This document shows, piece by piece, positions 53,913 through 64,000 of a stretch of DNA of 64,000 nucleotides (positions within the stretch are counted from its first letter, which is position 1; each line of letters opens with the position of its first letter). Location of the stretch: the IMG/VR virus record IMGVR_UViG_3300005821_000002, positions 32,487 to 96,486 of that record; one strand, 5' to 3'. The notes below the pieces were generated by a model. That model was not told the DNA's origin. It saw only the letters and a list, made by a program, of their open reading frames with translations, and searched no databases. The translations under genes were made by a program, and so were the position numbers. Source of the stretch: a virus.

Positions 53913-54892
53913 TGGTTAAAGAGCTTACGTATAGTATAACAGGAATAGGTGCTGACGATTTAGAAGCGGTCACAGTACGTGAAGCATACAACTCTCCTTC
54001 GGCGGGTTGTGTTATCACTGCATATGATACTACACTGGGTCTAGGTGATTCTGTCTCTGTGTCTTTAGGTTATGGTGGTAGTAATACTAAGCTATTTCAA
54101 GGTTTCGTACAACAAATAGAACACAGTGTTCCAACTCATACAATAACTATAACATGTGAAGACGTTCTTACTAGAGCCGTGAACTATTTTATAGCATCGG
54201 ATGATCCAGAAAATCCACTATCTTATTCTAATATACAGTCAGAAGATTTTGTAGAAAATATATTAGCTGAAGCAGAAATAACTAACTATGAGGCAGATGT
54301 TCCAGCATCGTACACATGGGCAACAGATGCTCCTGCTGAAGTAAATCTAGTTACAGCTTGGCAAGCAGCAAGTGAAATGGCAAATATGTTAGCGTGGCAC
54401 ATCTATGCTGATAGAAATGGTAAAGTATGGTTCAATGATCGTAGACCTTATGATAGTGGTACTGACAGTGCTGATTTTACATATGACGAGACTGCTGGGA
54501 CAGATGTACTATCTCTACAATATCATAAATCAATTGAAGAATTGAGAAATCGTGTGGTTGTTTACGGTAGAGAAGGTATACAGGCTACAGCATCACAAGT
54601 AAGTCCTTACTTATACTCATCTACTTATTACAAGACTGCTGTAGTAGGACATCCATTGATACAAACACAGGATCAGGCACAGAGAACAGCGGATTTCAAC
54701 TTGGAGCTTTACAACCGTCTTACACAGGTAGTAAGTATGACAGTAGAAGGTGATCCAAGTTTAGAGGCAAGAAAGTTTGTAGATATTACTGGTAGTACTT
54801 TTACTACAGTTAGTGGATTATGGTTTATTTATTCTGTACAACACAAATTTGGTAATCAAGGTTATACAGTAGATATGCATTGTACGCAATAG
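53912..54892 (+). CDS. baseplate hub / tail tip protein
   Basis: LFQGFV, NRVVVYG, VQHKF...GYT hub-like pattern. Confidence 0.65.
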   Translation: MVKELTYSITGIGADDLEAVTVREAYNSPSAGCVITAYDTTLGLGDSVSVSLGYGGSNTKLFQGFVQQIEHSVPTHTITITCEDVLTRAVNYFIASDDPENPLSYSNIQSEDFVENILAEAEITNYEADVPASYTWATDAPAEVNLVTAWQAASEMANMLAWHIYADRNGKVWFNDRRPYDSGTDSADFTYDETAGTDVLSLQYHKSIEELRNRVVVYGREGIQATASQVSPYLYSSTYYKTAVVGHPLIQTQDQAQRTADFNLELYNRLTQVVSMTVEGDPSLEARKFVDITGSTFTTVSGLWFIYSVQHKFGNQGYTVDMHCTQ

Positions 54893-54899
54893 GTGAGGA

Positions 54900-57731
54900 A
54901 TGACTGTTTATAGTGATTTCATCGAAATAACAATAGATGGAACAGATGTGTCTGATTACGTTATAACGTATCAACGTAGTGAGTCTCTTTGTGAACCTGG
55001 TCAGGTATTTACATTAACAATGACCAGAAAGAAACTCGATGATACCTTTGTTAACATAGAGACTGCTGATCCTATAATCATCAAAGAGAAGTATGGTGGT
55101 TCACCAACGACAGTACTAAAGGGGTTCGTTACAAAAGTTGAAATCAATGCTGAGAGAGCACTGATGACAATTCATGGTGCGGATAAATATATTATGCTTG
55201 CAGATTACTTTATTCCAGAGCGCTTGGAAACAAGTGGACAAACGGTAGCATACTGGATAGAATATATTTGCAACGAGGCTGGCTTAGATGTTCAGTTTGA
55301 TGTCTCTCCTTATGCGGTTACGCAAGGGGCTGGAGATACAGAGGGTACTCCCCTTGGTATGCAGAGTGCATTACAATCACTGAAATTACTTGAGCGGAAA
55401 GGAACTTGTTATACTCGTTATGATTCTAGTTCAGACAAAATCTTAGTTTATAGATTAACTACTTCTCAACCAAAAGTAAATGTTAATTCTAGCAATTTAG
55501 TTACAATAGATAGATCAGTAGCAACAAAAACAACAAGAAACGTTGTGAAAGTATGGGGTGGTTATAGATATGATTGGTTAACTGGACAAGAAGTATCATA
55601 CAACGCTACCGCCAGAGCAGATATGCCTGAAATGGTAGTAGATCAAACAACTCTTATTTCTAGTCCTGAAATTAGAACATTTACATTTGCTAACATAGTA
55701 GCACAAAGAGTTCTTGCAACTACAGCGGAGTTGGATGATTTGGCTCTCTGTGAGTGTGCGGGACTTTACCCAGATGTGGAAATTGGTGATTGGATATATA
55801 TTTCAATCAGTCAAGGTGAATTTGACTACACAAGAGAGCGTCAAGTTACAAGTATAGATGTTTCTGTGGACACAAACGGAGCTAGAACTACGTTTACAGT
55901 AGGGGAAAAGTGTCCCAGGGTCTCTGTAAGCCCTCCAGTAGTGCCAATCTATGTCACAGATACTAAAACCGGCGTAGGCGTCTCCTGGGACGCAGGAGAG
56001 AGCTTCCTGCCCTCAAATACAGGGCTTACAGCATCTGGTGAACTAAGTGGTAAGAGTATTGCTGTAAATAACTACGGTAGACAGATGGTAGTGACCGTAG
56101 CTGGTCTACATAAGAGATATAGTGGGCTTTCTACATGGGTAGATGTAACAAATTTACCTGACCCAACAAATGAATCAAATGATCTAAGTCCACTAGGGGT
56201 TACGGATTTAGAAATGATGAAAGTTGTTGATGAACCTCTAAGACCTTACACATTTCATATGATTGCGTCAGGTTGTCATCCTTCAGGTTGGTTTAGAAGT
56301 TATGTCTTTACAACCGAGGATTACGGTTATAATTGGAAAACTACTCAGATGTGGGCACCTGCGATGTCCGGTAGTATATCAGCGTCAGGATATCAAGAAC
56401 ATCAATATGCTCCATCTGGTAAAGTATTCGATGTGTGGACACATGACATGACGGCATCGTTGGGAAACGCTGTAACTGTTTTAGTGTCATCACCATATGT
56501 AGAGGTAGATGAGGAAGACCCAGCTACTATTTACTTTGCTGAGTTTACATCTGGTGGTGAAGTTTGGATGGGTTATTGGGATGGTACGACTAGAAATCGA
56601 GAACAGCAAGTGACAACATCTGGTTTTATTGTAGGTGTTAAACAGTGGTCATGTCCAACTAATAGAGATATAGCATATACGGCTATTGTATCCAATGATG
56701 GTCCTACTTCTGCATATACAGGGGGACAAACATATGTATGGAAAACTATTGATGGTGGAGATAACTGGACTGAAATACACAATGAATTACTAATAGCAGA
56801 CTCGTCTTACGATTTCATTTCATCTTATACGGTTAATTTTGATACATCATCATCAGAAAGTGAAGTAAGGGTAGCATTTAATTGTTTTTATATGACTTCC
56901 ACAGTAAATGTTATTTATGCAAAAGCCAGATTTGTAAAAAGTAATCCAACAGGAAGTACAAGTTATACAGATGACACCAGTTCAAGTATAGCTTTGGAAT
57001 ATTCAGCATATATAGGCGCTGGAGAATATTTTAATAATTATAGTCACAATAATAGCTATGTGAATCAAAACTTTAACCCTGCTTGGAAAAATGCAGTTAT
57101 AGATGGTGTTACTTGGGCAGGAACAGGAGTTTATGGACAGGTTAGACGATCATCCGATAATGCATGGATAGATACACTTCAATGTGCTGTAGTGGTGAAA
57201 TTGAACTTTTCTACTGAAACAGTTACAGAATTCAATAAGACTGAAGCATTAACTGGTTCTTTAATTAGTGCGTCACCAAGAGCAGTATTGTGTTCAGCAA
57301 GAAGTACAAATGGTATATATATTTATTCAATAGGAGGTCTTGCATTAGTATCATCATCTGCTTGGACGACAGAAGGTTGGGCTTACGTAAATCCTTGGAA
57401 TGATTTTAATGGTTATGATAGTTTTTCAAAAGTTTTCATGGGATGGAAAGGAGCACCTGATTCTACATATCGTACAGTAGACACAGATGCTGATTATGAT
57501 GATACAGACTTTGTTCCATCTACAGCTGGGGGAAGTAACAGAGAAGGTGCATGTCAAGTGAATAAACAATTTGATAGTGCAATAAAGCATTGGTGTGTAA
57601 GTTCTGCATCGTTTCAAGGAGACCCGGACGGCTTTTGTTATTCAGAAGATGGTATAACTTGGACACAACACTGGGACAAGGTTCCTGATGTTTTCAATCT
57701 ATATGACTTTGCTTGGAGAACTTGGGAATAA
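54900..57731 (+). CDS. tail tip protein: hub-like N-domain plus beta-propeller (Asp-box) C-domains
   Basis: SWDAGESF, TEDYGYNW, TIDGGDNW, SEDGITW Asp-boxes. Confidence 0.7.
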   Translation: MTVYSDFIEITIDGTDVSDYVITYQRSESLCEPGQVFTLTMTRKKLDDTFVNIETADPIIIKEKYGGSPTTVLKGFVTKVEINAERALMTIHGADKYIMLADYFIPERLETSGQTVAYWIEYICNEAGLDVQFDVSPYAVTQGAGDTEGTPLGMQSALQSLKLLERKGTCYTRYDSSSDKILVYRLTTSQPKVNVNSSNLVTIDRSVATKTTRNVVKVWGGYRYDWLTGQEVSYNATARADMPEMVVDQTTLISSPEIRTFTFANIVAQRVLATTAELDDLALCECAGLYPDVEIGDWIYISISQGEFDYTRERQVTSIDVSVDTNGARTTFTVGEKCPRVSVSPPVVPIYVTDTKTGVGVSWDAGESFLPSNTGLTASGELSGKSIAVNNYGRQMVVTVAGLHKRYSGLSTWVDVTNLPDPTNESNDLSPLGVTDLEMMKVVDEPLRPYTFHMIASGCHPSGWFRSYVFTTEDYGYNWKTTQMWAPAMSGSISASGYQEHQYAPSGKVFDVWTHDMTASLGNAVTVLVSSPYVEVDEEDPATIYFAEFTSGGEVWMGYWDGTTRNREQQVTTSGFIVGVKQWSCPTNRDIAYTAIVSNDGPTSAYTGGQTYVWKTIDGGDNWTEIHNELLIADSSYDFISSYTVNFDTSSSESEVRVAFNCFYMTSTVNVIYAKARFVKSNPTGSTSYTDDTSSSIALEYSAYIGAGEYFNNYSHNNSYVNQNFNPAWKNAVIDGVTWAGTGVYGQVRRSSDNAWIDTLQCAVVVKLNFSTETVTEFNKTEALTGSLISASPRAVLCSARSTNGIYIYSIGGLALVSSSAWTTEGWAYVNPWNDFNGYDSFSKVFMGWKGAPDSTYRTVDTDADYDDTDFVPSTAGGSNREGACQVNKQFDSAIKHWCVSSASFQGDPDGFCYSEDGITWTQHWDKVPDVFNLYDFAWRTWE

Positions 57732-58321
57732 TGGCTAGTGTATTGTGGGAAACAGACGACTCATTTGATACCATGTACATTATTTGGTCAGGGGCAGCTA
57801 CTCCTTGGCGAACTTACCTGTACGCAGATTATCAATATGTATATATATCACAAGCACCATCAATTACACGTTTGTTATTTGGAACAGCTAGTGGTATAGG
57901 AACAGCTAGTGGATGGATGGAAGAAAGAGATGTGACAAATATCTCTCCTGTTGGAGGTCATTTAGTACCATATGTATTAACACACCATCTAAATGAATGG
58001 GGAGATGCATTTTACACGGTAGCATTTGAAGCACCAACACTTATAAGTGCTTCTGGAGGGCAAGCACATCATAGTTACCACCCAGAATATACAAATAGCT
58101 GGGAAACCAAAGATCAAACATTCGGAAGAGTGGTGGACGTGGAATTTCCAAATTATTTGGAAGATTTGAGAGTATGTGTAGGAGTTTCAAATTCGGGATT
58201 TGTGAGAGTAGTACCAGTATCGCCAAGTGGTATAACGATATCTGGCTCATATTGGACAGATTGGAGTGCTATGGATAGTTCAGCAACAGTGACAGACTTA
58301 GAAGCGAGATGGATGTATTAA
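57731..58321 (+). CDS. putative tail protein
   Basis: TAATG coupling; SG-rich. Confidence 0.55.
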   Translation: MASVLWETDDSFDTMYIIWSGAATPWRTYLYADYQYVYISQAPSITRLLFGTASGIGTASGWMEERDVTNISPVGGHLVPYVLTHHLNEWGDAFYTVAFEAPTLISASGGQAHHSYHPEYTNSWETKDQTFGRVVDVEFPNYLEDLRVCVGVSNSGFVRVVPVSPSGITISGSYWTDWSAMDSSATVTDLEARWMY

Positions 58322-58322
58322 T

Positions 58323-61300
58323 ATGCCTGTAATTCTAAACCTTGAAGATAAGATAATAAATCTAATTCGTGGAGAACGCTACAAATGGTTCACTACTGGA
58401 GTAAACCTCGGTGGTGTTACCGGTGTTAGTGGTGGTACTGGTGCGCCTATTGGTGGGTTTATTGGACAACTTATTCAGAGTAAAGTTACTTATGACACAA
58501 CAGAGAACGAAATATGGGACGTTCCTGTTAGTGGCGAATCACTTGTAACTAACTTGGATAGAATTAGGTTTAGACTTGCTGCCGTAGAAAGTGGTGGTGG
58601 TGGAACTACATTAGCTATTCTAGATGATGGTGATTGGGTAGCAAGTGGAGTAGAAACCTTAGATTTTATTGGAGCATATGATATAACATCATCTGGTACT
58701 ACAGTTATACTAACATTCTCTGGTGGTGGGGGTGGTATTACCGACTTGGAGGATTTGTCTGATGTTGTTATTACATCCGTGAGTGATAACGAAGTTCTGG
58801 CATACGACTCAGGTGGTGATTGGATAAACCAAACAGCGGCAGAAGCTGGATTATCAGAAACAGGACATACTCACGTAGAAACAGACATCACTGATTTGGA
58901 CCACGATGCAGTATCAATACAAGGAATTGGTGTTTCAAGTGTTACACCAGTATCGGGTGAGGTATTAGTATATAATAGTATTGAATGGTATCCAGACACT
59001 GTTTCGGGTGGTGGCGGCGATACTGATACAAAACAAGTAAAAGTATCTGCTGATGATACCACAGAAGGATATCTAGAAGATAAAATAGTAGCTGGGGCTA
59101 GTGTTACTGTTACTACGTTAAATGATGGTAGTGATGAGGACGTAGAAATTTCTGTGTCTGGTCTTTCTGTATTAGGACATTCACATGTTGAAGTAGACAT
59201 TACAGACTTAGAACACGACGCAGTAAAAATTCAAGGACGTACCGTAGCAGCAACTGCACCAACTGATGGGCAAGCGTTAGCGTGGAACTCTATTTCAACA
59301 GAGTGGGAACCACAAACCGTTTCTGGTAGTAGTGGAACAGGGCTTACATATTTAGTACAGTTTGAAGATTTAACATCTCAAGTTCCAGATACAGCAGATG
59401 ACTTCTGGCTATCACAAATTATGGTTAGCGGAAGTCTACAAGTACATAAGAACGGTCTGTTACAACAACCAGATAATTACTCTGAAACATCTACAAGTGG
59501 ATTCCACACAGATTTCTCACCAATAAGTGGTGATGAACTTATGGCCCAATACCTGATTACATTTTCAGGTGGTGGTGGTAGTGACCACGATTCATTAACT
59601 GTTGAAGATACTGACTCTATAAATCTTGAATTAACTGGACAAGCTCTGAGTGGGTACGTATTACCAGGTGGTGTAGACCATGACCAATTACTCAATTTTA
59701 CATCTACTGAACACTTCACAGAAGGTTCAATAGATCACGTAAATATTCAAAGTATTGGTTCTAACAGTCATGATGATCTAGATGCTCACGTAGCAAGCGG
59801 AAGTATCCACTTTACTGAGGAAAGTATTAGCCATCTTAATATTCAAGATATTGGCGATAATGCTCACTCAGCAATTGATAGCCATATTACAGACACCTCA
59901 ATTCACTTTGATGAATTGGATGAGTTGTCGGATGTAAATGCAGGAGCACCAAATGATGGAGAGGCGTTAGCGTGGAGACAATCTGCAAATGAATGGGTAG
60001 CATCTGGATTAGTGGTGGCATCACATACTCATCCAGATGAAGATGTAAAAATGAGTGTATTAGGCTCACCAACATATACTACACTTGAAGACTACTGGGA
60101 CACAGTACAAAGCGCTGGATTTATTTCTGGCGGTACTACAACTGATAATAGTGATGGAACTGTTACTGTTTCAGGTGGTACTGGTATCATCAAAACAACA
60201 GATTCTCACTTGGGAAGTAACGTATTCTTTGATTGGAGTACAGACAGTAATGTATCTCTAACTGATGATTCTACTAACTTTGTATATGTAGATTACAATG
60301 CTGGAAGCCCAACAATTTTAGCAACACCAACTTTGTCAAATATTAATTTACATACAGAAATCTTGATTAGCAGGGTGTATAGAGATGGTACTGACTTGCA
60401 TATTTGGAATGTGGGACAAAATGTTGCAGACTACGCTAAAGATGCCTGTTTGAAAGACTTTGAAGTATTCGGACCTCAAAGAGCAGAAGGTTTAGTTATT
60501 TCAGAAACGGGTACAAGAAATCTTGCTATGACAACGGGTATCTTGTATTGTGCTCACAACAGAACAACTCAATCTGCTTTAGACACTAGTGTATCTGATA
60601 CTTTTAGCTATTGGTTTAGAGATGGTGGTGTCGGTTGGACAGAACAAACAGCCCAAGCACAAATAAACAACGCTAATTATGATGATGGTGATGGTACACT
60701 AGGCTCACTTACTTCTAATAGGTATGGTGTGCATTGGGTCTACATGCTTTATGATGGAACTTTACATGTACAGTATGGTCAAGGAGATTATACACTAAAT
60801 GGAGCCACATCAGCAGATGTACCTGCTCCTCCAACATTGTTTGCTGATTTTGGTATTCTATTAGCTAAAATTGTTATTCAAGAGGGTGAGGCATCTTTTG
60901 CAGACCTTCAAACAGCTTTTGAAACCGCGTTTACAACCAATGCTACTCCAGACCACGGAGACTTGGCGGGTTTAGCAGATGATGACCATACTCAATATGC
61001 ATTAGCAGATGGTAGTCGTACATTTGATTTAGATGAACTTGAAGATACTACTATAACAACACCAGCACAGGGAGAATCATTAACTTATGATTCTGGAACA
61101 TGGGTAAATACTCTTATAAGTGGCGGTGTAAGTGGGCAGGCATATATTCTAGAAGATTTGACGGGTCAAGTACCAGATGCAGGTGATGACTTTTGGCTAG
61201 CTAATACACTTATGAGCGGTAGCCTGAGAGTTTATTACAATGGTTTAATTCAACAGCCTACAAACTACGCAGAAACATCAGCAAGTGGTTTTCACACGTA

Positions 61301-63887
61301 CTTTTCACCAGTAACTAACGACGAGTTATTTGCTCAGTATTTAGTAAATGATTTGAGTGGTTCAGCCGTAGTAGGAACAATTCAAATAGAAGAGGACGAT
61401 GCGGTAATTCAACAACGTGTAGCTGTTCTGAACTTTGAAGGAAGTGGTCTTGAAAGCGTTGTAGATGAAGGAAATAATAAGGTTACAGTCACCGTTAGTG
61501 GTGGGGGTGGTGCAGGACACGATCCAGTAACTATTGAAGACACAACTTCCTTGAACTTGGAACTTACAAATCAAGCGTTGAGTGGTTATGTACTTGAAGC
61601 GGGCGTAGACCATGATCAGCTACTAAACTTTGAAACAGATGAGCACTTTACGGAAGCATCAATTGACCACACAAACATAGCAAATATTGGTACAAACTCT
61701 CACGATGACATTGACGCTCACTTAGCTAGTGGAATTATTCACTTTACAGAGGAAAGTATAAGTCACCTGAACATTCAGGATATTGGTTCTAATTCACACT
61801 CTGCAATTGACACACACATTACCAATGAACCTTCAACGTCAATAGCTACTCATGCAGCAATAGCCGATGCTCACCAAGACCTTGTTACAGTTACTGATAC
61901 TGCCAGTTTAAATCTAGAATTAACAGGACAGGCGTTGAGCGGTTATGTGTTGGATGATAGTCACACACACATTGAAGCTAATATCACGGATTTGGACCAT
62001 GATGCTGTAAAATTACAGGGTAGAGCTATTTCTACTGCTGCTCCTGATAATAATGACTCATTAGTTTGGAACGGTAGTGTTTGGACACCAATATCAATAA
62101 GTGGTGGTAGTGGTACAGGAGAAACACTAGTTCTTGAAGATGTAACTAACCAAGTACCAGACACAGGAGATGATTTCTTTGTGGCTAACACTATGATAAG
62201 TGGTAGCTTGTCAGTCTTCTATAATGGTCTAATACAACAACCTACGAATTATGCAGAAACGTCTGCCAGCGGTTTCCACACTTACTTCTCACCTATTACT
62301 AACGATGAGCTATTTGCTCAATATTTGGTAGAAGATGTGGTTGGAAAAGCTGTTGTCGGTACAATACAGATAGAAGAAGATGATGCAGTAATTCAACAGC
62401 GTGTAGCCATACTAAATTTTGAAGGTGATGGTGTTGAAAGTGTTGTTGATGAAGGAAGTAATAAGGTAACTGTTACAATCAGTGGTGGAGGTGGGGGAGG
62501 AGTAACTGACCACGGAGCATTAACAGGGTTGGGTGATGATGATCATATTCAGTATGCACACCTGAGTCAAGATGAAACTATTCTTGGTCCTTGGAAATTC
62601 AATAGTACTTTTGAACAACGTGGCTATTACACGGATACTGCCTATACAAAGACAACAATTAGTGGTGGATTATACCATGTAACAGACAGTCAAACAGGAT
62701 TTGATAATGTTGCACAGATTAGAGGAAATCAGGTAAACATCCTTGGTAACAATGCTCAAGAACTTGCTGAATTTTCTACATCAGCTGTTGTATTCAATGA
62801 CCCTGGAAATAATGTAGACTTTAGAGTAAAATCTGTAAATTCGCCATATGCATTCATGGTTGATGCACAACTTGATAGAATATTTATGGGAAATCTTGGT
62901 GTTGACGATCATATAAGTTTTGACCCTACATCTCTCACAGGAAATAACTTTAGAATCACAACATCTGGTGTACTTACAACAAAATATCATAATTATTATG
63001 ATGGTGTAGAGGGACCAACTATTGAACTTATGCATTTACGAGGTGATGCTGTTGGACATGAACAGGGTATAGAACTTGGAGATGAACTTGGTAAACTGTC
63101 TTTCAAGGGCTATGATGATAATATTTTATATCCAGAAGCATCTAATATAACAATAACGGCCACAGAACTTTGGACTAGTACTACCATTGGAGCTAAAGTA
63201 GATTTTGTGACCACTCCTTCTGGAACTACAACTCCTCTTACTAGTTTAACATTGACTGGTACAGAAGTTGTTGTAAATGAAGATAGTAATGATATAAATT
63301 TCCGTGTTGAGAGTGATACTAACGAGAATGCATTCTTTATTGATGGTGGTACTGGAAGAGTTACTGTTGGTAAAGATAGTAATGCTGGTGCTCATTTTAC
63401 AGTTTATAATCAATCAGCATCTGCATGTCTATTATATCTTGAATCTGATATAGCGGCTGCTAGTTCTATTGTTGGTCAATTATCCTTTATAGCAGAGGAT
63501 ACCCTAGAACAGCGCCTTGCTTTTGGATATATTAGGGTTGAAACCGGTGCAAATTATGTATCACATGACCAAGGACTTATGAAGTTTTATGTGCCTGGAT
63601 ATACTGGTGGAGGTGCTGGCACAAGAGCACTTCTTATTTTAGACGGAGATGATGATGGAGGAGTTGTTATAAATGAAGATGGATTAACTCACGATTTCAG
63701 AGTAGAATCCACTGCCCAAACAGACGCATTAAAAGTAGATGCTGGTACTGGATATGTAACTATCCACAGTGCAAAAACAACTACTGGAGACCCAACACCC
63801 AACGAAGGATTAATTTATTGGAATACAGTAGATAATAAAATTCAGATGTACGCCGACGGTGCTTGGAGAACATTAGCATCGTGGTAA
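58323..63887 (+). CDS. large modular tail fibre / receptor-binding protein
   Basis: 1854 aa, His/Asp-rich repeated modules, C-terminal GLIYWN...W motif. Confidence 0.75.
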   Translation: MPVILNLEDKIINLIRGERYKWFTTGVNLGGVTGVSGGTGAPIGGFIGQLIQSKVTYDTTENEIWDVPVSGESLVTNLDRIRFRLAAVESGGGGTTLAILDDGDWVASGVETLDFIGAYDITSSGTTVILTFSGGGGGITDLEDLSDVVITSVSDNEVLAYDSGGDWINQTAAEAGLSETGHTHVETDITDLDHDAVSIQGIGVSSVTPVSGEVLVYNSIEWYPDTVSGGGGDTDTKQVKVSADDTTEGYLEDKIVAGASVTVTTLNDGSDEDVEISVSGLSVLGHSHVEVDITDLEHDAVKIQGRTVAATAPTDGQALAWNSISTEWEPQTVSGSSGTGLTYLVQFEDLTSQVPDTADDFWLSQIMVSGSLQVHKNGLLQQPDNYSETSTSGFHTDFSPISGDELMAQYLITFSGGGGSDHDSLTVEDTDSINLELTGQALSGYVLPGGVDHDQLLNFTSTEHFTEGSIDHVNIQSIGSNSHDDLDAHVASGSIHFTEESISHLNIQDIGDNAHSAIDSHITDTSIHFDELDELSDVNAGAPNDGEALAWRQSANEWVASGLVVASHTHPDEDVKMSVLGSPTYTTLEDYWDTVQSAGFISGGTTTDNSDGTVTVSGGTGIIKTTDSHLGSNVFFDWSTDSNVSLTDDSTNFVYVDYNAGSPTILATPTLSNINLHTEILISRVYRDGTDLHIWNVGQNVADYAKDACLKDFEVFGPQRAEGLVISETGTRNLAMTTGILYCAHNRTTQSALDTSVSDTFSYWFRDGGVGWTEQTAQAQINNANYDDGDGTLGSLTSNRYGVHWVYMLYDGTLHVQYGQGDYTLNGATSADVPAPPTLFADFGILLAKIVIQEGEASFADLQTAFETAFTTNATPDHGDLAGLADDDHTQYALADGSRTFDLDELEDTTITTPAQGESLTYDSGTWVNTLISGGVSGQAYILEDLTGQVPDAGDDFWLANTLMSGSLRVYYNGLIQQPTNYAETSASGFHTYFSPVTNDELFAQYLVNDLSGSAVVGTIQIEEDDAVIQQRVAVLNFEGSGLESVVDEGNNKVTVTVSGGGGAGHDPVTIEDTTSLNLELTNQALSGYVLEAGVDHDQLLNFETDEHFTEASIDHTNIANIGTNSHDDIDAHLASGIIHFTEESISHLNIQDIGSNSHSAIDTHITNEPSTSIATHAAIADAHQDLVTVTDTASLNLELTGQALSGYVLDDSHTHIEANITDLDHDAVKLQGRAISTAAPDNNDSLVWNGSVWTPISISGGSGTGETLVLEDVTNQVPDTGDDFFVANTMISGSLSVFYNGLIQQPTNYAETSASGFHTYFSPITNDELFAQYLVEDVVGKAVVGTIQIEEDDAVIQQRVAILNFEGDGVESVVDEGSNKVTVTISGGGGGGVTDHGALTGLGDDDHIQYAHLSQDETILGPWKFNSTFEQRGYYTDTAYTKTTISGGLYHVTDSQTGFDNVAQIRGNQVNILGNNAQELAEFSTSAVVFNDPGNNVDFRVKSVNSPYAFMVDAQLDRIFMGNLGVDDHISFDPTSLTGNNFRITTSGVLTTKYHNYYDGVEGPTIELMHLRGDAVGHEQGIELGDELGKLSFKGYDDNILYPEASNITITATELWTSTTIGAKVDFVTTPSGTTTPLTSLTLTGTEVVVNEDSNDINFRVESDTNENAFFIDGGTGRVTVGKDSNAGAHFTVYNQSASACLLYLESDIAAASSIVGQLSFIAEDTLEQRLAFGYIRVETGANYVSHDQGLMKFYVPGYTGGGAGTRALLILDGDDDGGVVINEDGLTHDFRVESTAQTDALKVDAGTGYVTIHSAKTTTGDPTPNEGLIYWNTVDNKIQMYADGAWRTLASW

Positions 63888-63900
63888 GAGGAAGTGAATA

Positions 63901-64000
63901 ATGGGAGATAGTACTAGAGTAACTATAGCTAATATACAAACAGATATAGGAGAAGAGGGTAAAGCCCTTGTCTCCGATGGAGATGGTAATGTAGTACTTT
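63901..64000 (+). CDS. N-terminus of next tail-associated protein (truncated by window)
   Basis: GAGG RBS, ATG 63901, open to edge (GKALVSDGDG). Confidence 0.5.
   Translation, partial: MGDSTRVTIANIQTDIGEEGKALVSDGDGNVVL

Noticed and set aside
58323-63887. Diversity-generating retroelement or invertible fibre cassette
   Set aside because: No reverse transcriptase or invertase in the window; repeat differences are mostly synonymous, not adenine-specific.
1-64000. Stop codon reassignment
   Set aside because: Long genes are intact in the standard code, TAG and TGA end genes at sensible positions, and no suppressor tRNA was found.
1-64000. Prophage or host chromosomal segment
   Set aside because: No integrase, att junction, rRNA or housekeeping operon is visible; recA, dnaB, ssrA and rnpB sit in phage-style context. 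Lifestyle cannot be settled from this window.

Overview
The window is part of a large tailed dsDNA phage genome, probably siphovirus-like (tape measure, tail tube, no sheath seen). It has two divergent arms that meet at back-to-back sigma70-type promoters near 23.5 kb. The left arm (minus strand) carries DNA metabolism genes: family A DNA polymerase, RecA, a gp32-like SSB, DnaB, a resolvase, exonucleases, primase, RNase H and four DNA methyltransferases. It also carries a ~6.5 kb RNA gene array (5.7-12.2 kb) with 28 tRNAs covering all 20 amino acids and a compact tmRNA. The right arm (plus strand) carries large acidic beta-rich proteins, a nucleotide-sugar/glycosyltransferase cluster, terminase, portal, capsid, neck, tail, tape measure and a 1854-aa repeat-rich tail fibre. 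The main find is a ~195-nt miniature RNase P RNA (10016-10210, minus) inside the tRNA array. It has a fully pairable catalytic core (P1-P6, P15-P17) with compensatory changes in P4, almost no specificity domain and no P18. Several other features fit a phage-encoded RNA-based tRNA maturation module: 24 of 28 tRNA genes end in CC-U instead of CCA; the tmRNA tag lacks the terminal Ala-Ala degron; there is a circularly permuted (Y-RNA-like) tRNA mimic; and several orphan structured RNAs sit in tRNA-sized slots. A second candidate system is virion glycosylation, with a possible x-Ser-Gly acceptor motif enriched in structural proteins. All RNA structures and protein calls come from manual reading; no searches were run.
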